Positions 53,058 through 64,000 of a DNA stretch of 64,000 nucleotides are shown piece by piece; within the stretch, counting starts at the first letter, position 1, and every line of letters begins with the position of its first letter. Below the pieces are notes generated by a model. That model saw nothing but the letters and a program-made list of their open reading frames with translations. It was not told the DNA's origin and made no database searches. A program made the position numbers and the translations under genes. This stretch comes from Marsupella aquatica (taxonomy: Eukaryota > Plantae > Marchantiophyta), in NCBI GenBank assembly GCA_973895155.1, contig OZ316891.1:8309875-8373874 (forward strand), read 5' to 3'.

Positions 53058-54573
53058 GTGGGCGAGAATACCAGATCCAACCCCCCTCTCCCCCTCTCGC
53101 CCTCTCGAATCTCTCTTTCCAATTCCTCCAAAAAGCTCGAGGTACCAAATATCCCGTTTTCGCTGTACCCAAGGTCTATTCATTGCTAAACACGAATGTG
53201 CTTTCGTGCAAAACGGCACACCTCAGTCGCTGGAATTTGGCGTGTATTTTTGTATTTTTTTAATCTCTAAAGACTGCTGACAGGTGTAATCTTTCATTGC
53301 TGAGAAACAATTATATGAACTATGAAGGGATTCCTCCAGGGAAAAATAATAACTTAACTTAGGCGTGGGGACAAAAACATAGTTTGGTAACCCGAAAAAT
53401 TGGACGAATATTATCTCCTTTTCCTGATAAATCTTTCGTCTTCATTTCTCTGGACCCACTATTTTTATGAGAGACATATGCCTGATGGTTCGCCTGGCTG
53501 GAAAACCTAGCATGATGGCCCATGGAACTTTCCTTAGATTTTGGAGGTTGACCCTCTCCCACTGATGTTCTTGTAATAGTTCTTGTGTTAAGGTGTAGCT
53601 CTCCATTGTACACCTGGAACCCAACACATTGCAAACTATGAGTAACTATGGTGGAATGTTACCTAGGGCACTAATGATGAACTATGCCCTTTCTCGAACA
53701 AGATGATGATCAAGAAATCTAGGAGCCCCCAAATTGTGCTAAGTGGATCATGTGAAAACAACATGGATGCTGTCTTCCAAACAGCTCCACTTTTGGCCAG
53801 TTAGCCACCTCTAGCTTTGCCTAGGGGGACTTTGCAAGAGGGGGCTGCCATTCAGTGTGTTTTCATCCAAATCAAAGGGGGGATTGCATGCAGTAAAGTT
53901 GACCTACCTCAGCCAAAAGGTCAATAATGCAAGACCCTCAATAGAAATGGCCTCTTGGTCCATTTGTTAAGTCCACCTCTTTTGGGTGGTCCTAGATTCT
54001 GACAAAAAAGGATGTATACATTATTCAGCAAAAATAAAGAGATCCAGAGGGGCCCACTAGCAGGTAACCAGGATTGGTATTGATTTACATAGAAAAAAAG
54101 CGAACTGCTGCTGAGTTATTGTAATGCAACAATCAGTCTGCCTTGTGAATGTTTACTCCCCCGCTTTGTCCACAGTCCATCCACCTTGCACACTATCATA
54201 CCCCGCCTCCACCTTTGCATCTCGCGAGAAATTAGCAAGTCCCAATGTGCATGTCTTGTCCAATCCCAATACCTATACCCCCCCTAAGCCCTGAAGTTCA
54301 AAAACCATCTGAAGACAATCTTGTATGTGTGCATTATGTCTTCACAAGAAAACATTAAGTGACTGTACACCGCATCTTGTGGTAGGCTCAGCCCCGGCCT
54401 CAGCATTGGAGAGCACAATCAAACCTGGTAAGCCTTACTATGTCCGTGCCTTAAGCGACATGGTATCGATGGCTGAAATGGTGAACTTGACAGTAACTAA
54501 GGTACCACAAAACAACCAGACATGGGGAATTTGGGATGCCTGGTGCCCAAACTGCAACAGATGAAATGTTGGG

Positions 54574-54621
54574 AGGGTTTAGGGTTTGCACATAGGGTTT
54601 AGGATTTGGGGTTTAGGGTTT
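54574..54621. repeat. Interstitial telomere-like (TTTAGGG)n
   Basis: AGGGTTT AGGGTTT ... AGGGTTT AGGATTT GGGGTTT AGGGTTT. Confidence 0.7.
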
Positions 54622-55774
54622 ACAGGTCTCACATCACTCAGGTTTTCCATCAAGGGGGTCCATCAACTATGTGTCCAGCCATGTTGTAAGCTTGATCATA
54701 GGATAGTTCCTAGAATATTCCAAGAAAACAGGGGTTTAAACATCAATTAATTTTTGTTCGGATTTTGAAGGGTCTTTATATGCCCACAAATGTTGAGAGC
54801 CTCCAAGCCCAATGCCCTTGTGTTGCACAATATTGTAAGTTGATAAAATCATGTGATGTCTCATAGAAGTGTTATCATGGTCAGGCAGTACGCCAGTTGC
54901 CAAGTGAACGATTTCAAGGAGTGTTTGAGCTAGGGGGGAGTGACAGGCTGGGCACAACAAATATGCGCAATGACACCTTTAGGCCCATCTCATGGTTAGG
55001 AAAAAAATGTCACCTGGCCTTCCCTCTGCACAACCAACCCTCCATAAAAGCTGATCCTTCTCCTCTGCACCTGCCATGCAAGTCCTGCCCCTCGCTCTTT
55101 GCATGCCATGTATTATCCCATCAAGATTTGAGAATTCTCTGCACCCCAACCTGTCATGGAGAGGGTAAGGCAGGAGGAATGTGGGCAGGTGGGCGAGCAA
55201 CAGGGTCATGAGGAACACTCAGAGGAGGTCTTTAAGAAGATCTTGTGGCAGTGAAAAATCAGTATGCACATCAGACAGCCAATAAAAGTTCCAGTAAACG
55301 CATTTCATAACGAGACCACGGAAAAGAAAGAGCTGGCTGAGATATTGTTAGAATGTAGTGCTTAAGAATAAGAAGGTTAGTGTCACAAGGAAGTACTTCT
55401 TCCACAATTCGTCCAGAATGGAAATTTCGCACATGTACATTTACAGTTCTGTGTCTTGGTGATGGTGCTGTATCGCATAATTTGGCATGAATCTGTTCTC
55501 CACCTCGTTGGTAGATTTGCCAATTGAGCTGCAGACCTTCCCTAGTACTCCCCAGATCTTAATTAATGGTGTCGACGAAACGGCCTTGACATTTAGTTGA
55601 CACATGCCTTGACCGGCACAGACGCACAGTGCAGCTCTTCCTCAGTAAGTAGCCCACCATTCTGCAGCTAGGTTTCCACCGATTGTGTGGACAAAACGCA
55701 GGGCAAAACGCTGAGTGACCGGAATTGAAGGCACAGATTGCTCTTTCCTACACTGACCACTGTTTCGAAGTATT

Positions 55775-55877
55775 CGTTAGAGTACTTGAACTGACAGTGG
55801 TAGACTGGTAGTTAGTACGAGAGTTCTATAATAATTTGTGTGCTGTAAATCATTCTGTCAGTTCAAGTACTCTAACG
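55775..55877. other. Perfect 23 bp inverted repeat with a 57 nt loop
   Basis: CGTTAGAGTACTTGAACTGACAG (55775-55797) / CTGTCAGTTCAAGTACTCTAACG (55855-55877). Confidence 0.85.
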
Positions 55878-58800
55878 GCAAACTAGAGTTTCCTAACGAT
55901 GGGCCTCGGAATTTTCATAGCTATATATGACTCGGATCGCAGGACAGCCCCTGTGGTTTGAGGATTAAAGAAGGTTTGCTTCATGTATGCTGCACGGTTT
56001 TAGTCCCTTGTGATAAACTGAAGTTTAGCAGGCACAAGTTTCTACATGTCCAGAAGTTCCGCAGGCACATGTTTCTGCATGTCCTGTCTGGCTTCTGAAT
56101 GGTTCACGAGCTGTGGGTTTGGGATTAGAGAAAGTTTGTTTCACATGCTGCACTGTTTGCATTTTCCTTGAAACTGGCATTTTCCTTGAAACTGAAGTTC
56201 AGCATGCACAAGTTCCTATTCGTCCTGTCCTGGTTCCGAATGATTTGTGAGGTTGAATGAACGTACGAGCAATTGACAGCTACAGAAATGAGTTGTACAA
56301 TAATTGCTGTGCTGTGAATCAGTCTGAGTTGACTTCGACTATGATTCAGTGGCGAGAAGTCGTTTACACAAGTCCACTTAAAAAGGACAATCATGCCCCT
56401 TTAATTAGTTCCTTTTTATTAAAATCTTTCGAGAGGATTGAGCTTCTTAAAACAGTCCGTTCTGATCGAAGAAGTTCAAATTCTACACGCCGGAGCAATT
56501 CTAGAGCAAGTCCCAGTTTCTTTTGACAGGTGCTACTTATATGTTTTTAAATTCCCGCACTTGCAACGGAGGAGGATTAAATTCTTCGGGCGCTCTACAC
56601 GCTTTCAATCAATGAGCATACGGTGTGGCTTGACTCATTCTCTCTCTCTAAAACTCACATGAAATTTCCTCCGATTTGAATTAGCAACGAGGATGTCCGT
56701 GTCCATTCCCAATGCTGATAAATAGATCCAAAGATCAGAGTGAGACTTGCAATAACTAACGAGGATGTCACTTCCTATTTTGAAGGCGATTGTTTAGCTT
56801 CCATACAGCGATCCATTGTCATAAACTACGGAATCCCATTTAATTCTGAAAGCTAGTCCAAGGATGTCAAAGATCACCACGAGACGTAATCTTGTTTTGC
56901 AGTCCACACTTTTCCCCTCAAGTATTCTAGTGAAGAGACGTGAGAAAGTCTTTCTTCCAGATTGCACACAATGCTCCTCCTCTTTCACAGCATTTGAGAG
57001 AAATTCATTTCATGGATTCTAGTTCAGTGAAATTTTTCTTCTCCACTCATCTGCTAACTGTCGACGAGAAACGGAGGTTGCCTGGGTTGACCTGGTTATA
57101 ATGGTCAGTTCGGTTATTTCAGTTTGGAGTAGGTCAGCTCAGTGAATGCTCGTATTTGGCTGGTATGTGGCCGATCTGGTGCAAGGTGCACTATTTTGGT
57201 GTTGGGTTACTGATGGATCTGTATTAGTTGTTCAACTAGAAAGAGAAAAAACTAGGAGAATTGTGCATTTATCACGATTTGAGTGATTGATCAATTGACG
57301 ATTCGGGTGATGAATGATGATTGATGAATTCAGAGTGATTCATGATTGTCATGGTGCTATTTGAATGGAATTCATTTGGTTGTTTCGAGGTAAAAAAAAA
57401 TCGATTGGTAGCAGCTACACGGAGTTCCAAACCGGAACTATAGTTAGGTTTACTCAACAGAGGAAAGTCTGGGATGTCCTCAAACGAGCTGGAGACCACC
57501 ATAAGTGAGACACAAATTGATACTACAGAGAAATAAACAATACCAATACCAAATAGGTTAAATTATTCGTTCGGATATATGCTCAACTTCAATTTGGTGG
57601 GTGATTAGAATTGTCGCAGGTCGAGAGTGCTTTCAAACCGGTGGAGCTGCTGCCAAGAGAAGGTAACAGCCTACGAAGTGCAGTAAAGCGGATTGCTGCC
57701 TCTTTGATGATTCGTCGATGTTCAAGAACCCGCAAAAATCCTGTTTTATGGATGGAATCATGTGGTACAAACGTACAGATCCATCCAGTATACCTTCTGA
57801 CGTGATGCTGCTGAATTCTATTTGCGATCTAGCAAGAACTAACTGAAGAGACAATGAGTCTATGCTCAAGCAGTTCCATACGACTCTGCTGTTTCCCAGC
57901 CCGAACCTTGTCCATTGCTATTGTGGCAAGGATAGTGTTTCCAGCTTACATTTCGTAAACGATGCAAGTTAGGGACCTTTCTGGTACCCACTCCAGACTT
58001 TGTTCGCAATAGGGCAGGAGATGATACACTGTTCAACGTCCTCTCTCTGGTGTACCTTGCATCTCGGACTTCAAGAAAATTTGTAATGTCTGGAAAGTTC
58101 AGGGTGTCGCCATATATTTGTCGCCGGGACCTCAGCTATAGATCCATTGCCATGAAAAGCAATTTGGCTCAATTGCTCTGTATTAGTGTCAGAAAAGAAG
58201 CGGCCATCCTTCCATCGATCCTGCAAAAAAATTGCTACAGTAGTATGCATTGTATCTTTGTGGTACAAGCTCTCGTTCCCAATAAAATTCGCTGCAAATT
58301 GATATTTAGGGAAATGGGTTGGGTGCTGCTTTCGGAGAGCGTGCCATCGCTGACCGGGTACTGTTTTGTTGAGTGAGGTGCAAAGACTGTTGCCTCGAAT
58401 TAGAAGAATTTGGTTCCTGTGTACAGTGAATTCCCAAACTGTAGGAGCCGGAACTAAAATGGTGGACTGCTCGTGCTCCCCATTCAATTAAATCTCATGT
58501 TGGAGGTCAGTCCTCCACCTTGTAAACTCTAGCATTCCTCATTGTTCTCTGCCGGGCATTTGGTCAGAGCATAGCTTTTGCGGTTTATGTGCCCCCTCTA
58601 GAGGAGGGTGAGACCGCCACGTACATATCCAGATTCGCTAAACTGGCCAGGCGAAGATGATTTTTGAGATCCCTCTGTCAGCCAAGGTACGGTGTTGCCG
58701 TTAGGTTTCCAGTTCATTATTTTGCAGTGGAGGAAGATATGAATAGAAAGACGCGATGCTCAATCGCAAGTGGTCAGCTCCCATTCGCATTCATTACACT

Positions 58801-61800
58801 CTGCATGAAAGCACGATCTGAGCATAATTTTGTCTCTCATCCCCACAAGAGTAGCTTAATTTAGTCTTTCGTGGAATGGGTATACGTAGTATCACCTCAT
58901 AGCAACATTGAAATTGCCGTTTCCCACTAGAAAAATGATTAAGTCGACGTTTAATTAGGCTGGTGATCAACTGGACATGTTGAAAATCCGACAATTACAC
59001 TTAGTGTAGTCATCGATCACTTTAATTCCTCGTGGGCTGACTATCCAGTGAGATTGAAACTGACCTGTTCTCAGCTCAGCTCTCATAATGTCAGAGTTCC
59101 TTGCAGAAATAATACGGAATGCAGGGTTTTGCTTGAAACGTCCAAACCTAACATGCGTCATTGATGGTAGGCCGTTGAAACTCCAATCTCTAAATCGGTC
59201 TGACTTTGGGCTCAAATCTGGCTTCCGCACCCTGAGAGTTATGTTGGCATCCGTGCTACCGTAATTCCTCTGCTTGCATGACTGTCATCTGACGACATGT
59301 AAGCCAACGTGCTTGCTGTCTATTCTTGAGATCTGTCCGTCACATTTGCAACTTGAATCCCTATGTCCTGATTGCAGGTAATGATTGGGGCGTTTCATGT
59401 TCCACAAGTCACTGTTAGCACCATGACAATCATCAATTACTCTGAACCCACATAAATACATAATCGTGTTTCAGTGAATGTTATTAGTACATGACAGTAA
59501 TCGATCTCTAAGAGCACAATTTCCATTACAATCAGTACATTCGGTACTTGCAAAACTCGACAACTCAACGTGATGCTCTGAATGCAGCACACACCAGCAG
59601 TGAAGGGTAATGTAAAAGAAGTATTCAGGTCAGGTCAGCTACAACAACTGTACCCAACTCAGAGACAGTACCCAACTCACAGACAGCAAACGGAGTTGGG
59701 GCTCAGATGATTCCCGTTTTAGTCGCACAAGCTTTCTCAATATAACAAGTAGTCCTAATTGTAAGGGGTCCTTTCAAAGTAGGTTACTTTTTGTAGGGCT
59801 CTAGCTACTGTGTGATTGTGAGTCATATAAGGTCTACAACGTTGCTGATTCCCTAGAGAGTGGCAGTGTGGCACACTTAATGTCTAAGAGTGACAGATTG
59901 TACTTATGTGCTTGGCCGCAGTGAATCATGCTTCGTACACAGGGTATGGACGAACCAGGTGGAACATTAATTAAATGCCTTCAGAGGAGCACGCAAAACA
60001 TTTCAGTACCTTTATCATTATCAGAGGGATCTACCACTGTCTAGAAAGTGTCATACGAATACACCTAAGGCCAATTCTGTCCACAGAATGGTTTGTACTG
60101 CATATGTGATTGATGACACAGAGGCGAGGGGATATCAAGGATACGAATTTTTGGAGGTACGTTAGATTTCTTCTACTTACGTTTGAGACCTTTGGAGACA
60201 TTATTTTGTTCTACCCCAGTGACGATCAGCTTGGTGCAGGCCTGCGTGAAACGCTAATATTTCCACCTCTCAAAGCTCGAAGTACAGCAAAAGGGCCTAA
60301 ATCATTTCTTATTCCTGCAATTTGCACTGAATTGTTTTTTTTTTTGACATCCCAAAATTCAGCACTGAATTGTTTTTCCAATTTTGTCTCAAGCAAATTT
60401 CTTTTCGCAAACCTGATTGTGGCTACAGGACCTTTGAACCAGTCAATTGGCTAATGAGAAGAGAGTTTATTGCGGTGTGGTCAAGACTGACCTTTGAGAC
60501 AACCTTATTGGAGCGTCCTCGTAACAAAGTTGAACCAGAGAACCATATATAAGCTATGGAGATTCAAGCTGTCCAAGAGTCCCAAATTGCAGATGTGTCA
60601 CCAATTACTACTCTATTCATTTCCCCCAAATGAATTCTATTAAGTACAACATAGTTTTCCTTTGAAGAAGAAGGGTGAGGTACAACACATAGCCTATTTG
60701 CGTCATAATTGGGAGTCAACACCAAAGGAGAGATTCCATGTGTGGCTGTGATGGAGATGGTCACATCAGTGGTGAGATACTTTGCAATTGAGACGACGGT
60801 GGACACTGCAGTGTTAAACAGTCTGCGTTTGGCTCTGCCCATAGTGTTACAAAAACTTACAGTGATTTAGGTCTATGTTACATTAGTCCTCAAACTAGAC
60901 CCTTGTTTTTGAAATCCAGCTGCCCTCAACCCTGCAAAATAATCTAAGGAGACCTAATTCAAGTACGCAGAGGACCGGTTGTGTGTTTGCTTCAATCGAA
61001 CTGAACACTTAAGGATGGCAAAATGGATGCCAAAGCTTACAGAACAGTGTGCATCTCAATCGGTCCAAATTACCCGCACCAGTTCTTGGCCAGAAATATT
61101 TTCTCACCTGGATCGATAGACGCAATACCTGAAGAAAACAAACAGAAAAACTAGAAGTATTCCCAGATAGCTTATCAAGTAAAGAGAGATGTGCTAATTT
61201 AGAACTTTCTTGCCCGATTTTTCGTCATGAACTGACTCCGGGAAGCTAAGCAATTGTACATCTATCAGCACGAAGGAAAACAAATGTGTCCTTAGGACAT
61301 CGAATGATTGACATCTTGTGGACGTTCATGATTTTTTCGACTGTGATTCGTAGATTGATGCCTTGCATGTCCACAGAGAGCAGTTCTCCAGCTCGAGCCA
61401 CCTGGTCTGGCACGGAAGTTTAGGGTTTATCTCACCTGCTCTAAGGATCGACAGTGATTCATTTGCTGAGTGTGGGCATTTGCCACTATTCAAGAGTTTG
61501 CGGCAGTTGAAGGCATGAAGTTTGATTTGCACCACCAGTAGATTACTTATTGCGAACATTTACAGGTTGGGCAACAGATTTTAAGGACTCCATTCTTGTC
61601 GCGAGAGACCAATCAAATCTTCCCAAGGTCGAAGAGACCGAATCGCAATTGAAGCAATTTGAATAACAATTAGCGCAACTCACATACCTTGATGACCAAA
61701 GCAAGCGACAGTCAAGTAAAAAATTCAATGCAGGATGCTTCCATTGGATTCTCGGAAACTCACCCAGAGCCTATTCACGATGTTCGAGATCAATTGACTC

Positions 61801-61999
61801 CAACAGAGCATGGATCAATGGATCTCGAGTGAAATAATGAGGACGTCTTTGACAGCAACTGTCCTCCATATCGAATTCGACAGAGAAATGGATGGAAAAT
61901 GGCGCTAGCGCTGCAATTCCTTGCATTCGATTGGGGCACTCACAATGTCATCAGACTGTGAAAGTTTGTTCCGAGAGGGACTTTACAAGACTGTGGGGC

Positions 62000-62237
62000 C
62001 ATTCCGTGTCTCTCAACCAAAGCAAAGCTGATGGCCGCTTCCATAGCCAAAATGTGTGTCTAGGAAAAAGAAATGCAATAAATGCTCCATTTTTTGAGAC
62101 CACCTCAAAACCTTAAGATTTTGAACATTCGGTGTCTCTCAACTAAAGCAAAGATGATGGCCACTTCCATAGCCAAAATGTGTGTCTAGGAGTATGAAAT
62201 AAATGCTCCGTTCTTTAGACCACCTCAAAACCTTAAG
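62000..62237. repeat. Two-copy tandem duplication, ~125 bp
   Basis: GTGTCTCTCAAC.AAAGCAAAG.TGATGGCC.CTTCCATAGCCAAAATGTGTGTCTAGGA...GACCACCTCAAAACCTTAAG occurs twice. Confidence 0.9.
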
Positions 62238-62658
62238 TTAAAAAAAAAAAAGTGCACACAGAGCAAAAAAAAAGTACCCACAAAGGGCCACAAATGACCA
62301 GGTTTGGGTAATGGTTTTGTTTGATTGCGCATGTAAAGTGAAGTCTGGTCTGTTCCTACATTTGAGTGACTAAGATTGCATCTCACATGTGGAAAACTAA
62401 GAACTGCTACCACCAAGTTCTTGTAACCCTGAATAGTGGCAGACACCCAAACCAGCTATCCAAAGATTAAAGTCTCCATGTTGCATCAGTAACCTTGAGG
62501 GCTGCCAACGCAGACTGGAAGACCCCGCATCCCTTTCACTCTGCTTTTTGACTAGAGGGTCACCCTGAAGCAACGAGCGCCTGAGATTGTCTTCACAGTT
62601 TCTGGAGATCACAGTGAAACCCTTGACACAGTCCTTTGTTTGAAGGCCTAATGGTATC

Positions 62659-63190
62659 CACACCTTATTAGCCGTTGCAATTTAAGAGGGACAAAAAGTA
62701 GTTTCACCATGGAACACACACCTTATTAGCCCTTAGAATTTCAGGAGGGACACAAAGTAGTTTCACCATGAAATAAGCACCTTAGCCAGTTGCACACTTC
62801 AGGAGGGACAAAAAGGAGTTTCACTGTGAAATACACACCTTAGCCTGTTGCACTTCAGGAGGGACAAAAAGGAGTTTCACCATGGAATACACCAGCATAT
62901 TTCAGCCACTCTAGGGATGAGATTCTAGGAATATTCCTTATCATTTTTCCTGGACTACATCCTGACCGTCAGATATCCCTAGATTGACTGATGACGGTTA
63001 GATTCTGGCGAATGTGGTCCATGATTTGGTAGGAAAGTGGCAAAAATGACATGCAAAGAATCTAGCAAAATTTAAGCCAAAAGTGACTAACACTTTTGGG
63101 GGAGGTGGAATTTGGCAAAATTCACACCTAAAAAATAAGCTGGAATACACACCTTAGCCACTTGCAAACTTCAGGAGGGACAAACTGAGT
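62659..63190. repeat. Minisatellite, ~55-60 bp units, interrupted by a MITE
   Basis: CACACCTTA(TTA)GCC..TTGCA..TTCAGGAGGGACAAAAAG.AGTTTCACCATG(G/A)AA x4, plus one more unit after 63150. Confidence 0.85.
62893..63142. mobile_element. hAT-type MITE
   Basis: Ends CAGCATATTT / AAATAAGCTG; perfect 8 bp TSD GAATACAC at 62885-62892 and 63143-63150. Confidence 0.85.
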
Positions 63191-64000
63191 TTCTCTGTCT
63201 ATTTCATGTCTGAGTAGCTTCTCGGAGGCTCAAAAGGTATCTCGCCCCTCACTCGCTATTTAACTGGCCAACTCACCTCCGATTCTATCATTTATAGTTA
63301 GCTCTAATTGAGGAAACAATTATAGCCTGTGTTTTCAAAGATTTTTCCTGCTATTTTCCTCCCCTGTTGTATGTAGTTATTAATTAACATTTGCCTAGTA
63401 AATTGGTCTTCCTCTTTCCCTGGAAGATGCATAGTGTCTGAGGGATTCTCTCAACACGGATATGGCAAAGGAAAAGATTTCAGCGAGTCAACTGATTTAG
63501 TTTCCTAAGGGATTGGCTGAGCCTTCTGCCCAGGCAAGAACCAAGCCTATTACACATATGGTCTTTCCTGCGGGAGCCTCCAAATGTGTGAGGGCTACTC
63601 CACCCATAGCTACAAAGAAAATCCTGAAAGATAGAAGGAAACAAGCCCTCTCCCCTCTTTTCCTTCCCTTCATTGGGTTGCTTCGGTTCCAGCTTTTTGC
63701 CCAAACAAGATCTACTTTATCAAAATAAACCTAAATGGAACTTTGTGGTCCATCAATCAGCAAGAGGGCCCCCTTAAATCCTTCCAAGGCAACTATGGTT
63801 TTACTCCTTTCCTCCCCCTGATTGGGTCTTTGGCTTGTGGGATGGTGTCTCTAGGCTGGGAGCCTTTTGTTTTCTGGCAGATTCAAATATATCTGTTCAA
63901 GTCTACTCAGCATTCTTCACTCTGAGCTGCATTCGTACAGTTTAGCAGAATACATTTTGCAAAATATCTTCGTTTGACATTTCATTCAATAAAAAGATTC

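Noticed and set aside
55840-55862. miR156/529-like sequence on the minus strand (TGACAGAATGATTTACAGCAC)
   Set aside because: Too many central mismatches to the conserved miRNA, and it falls mostly in the loop rather than the stem

Overview
This is eukaryotic nuclear DNA with GT-AG introns, TTTAGGG-type repeats and many MITE/SINE remnants. It is most likely a land plant, probably a bryophyte or liverwort (inferred from gene content and style, not proven). Four intact protein genes are visible: a Gly/Thr-rich K-segment dehydrin (3079-3696 +), an intronless fungal-type 'capsule polysaccharide synthesis' DxD glycosyltransferase (8193-9437 +), a 4-exon SR-protein kinase (11935-15161 -) and a GT47 exostosin-family xyloglucan side-chain glycosyltransferase (37375-38925 -). 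The most striking structure is a ~1.8 kb stretch downstream of the dehydrin (3836-5650) that recurs as a diverged direct repeat (9415-11250). The two copies enclose a ~3.8 kb block containing a broken NB-ARC (NLR) fragment, an array of small perfect hairpins and the fungal-like glycosyltransferase. That ORF runs into the second copy, so its last codons, stop codon and presumably its 3'UTR come from the dehydrin 3' region. This is a candidate horizontally acquired gene domesticated by capturing a host gene's 3' end. The rest of the window is mostly intergenic, with non-autonomous DNA transposons (TIRs and TSDs readable), a tRNA-derived SINE, foldbacks and tandem duplications. All alignments were done by eye; no database searches were run.
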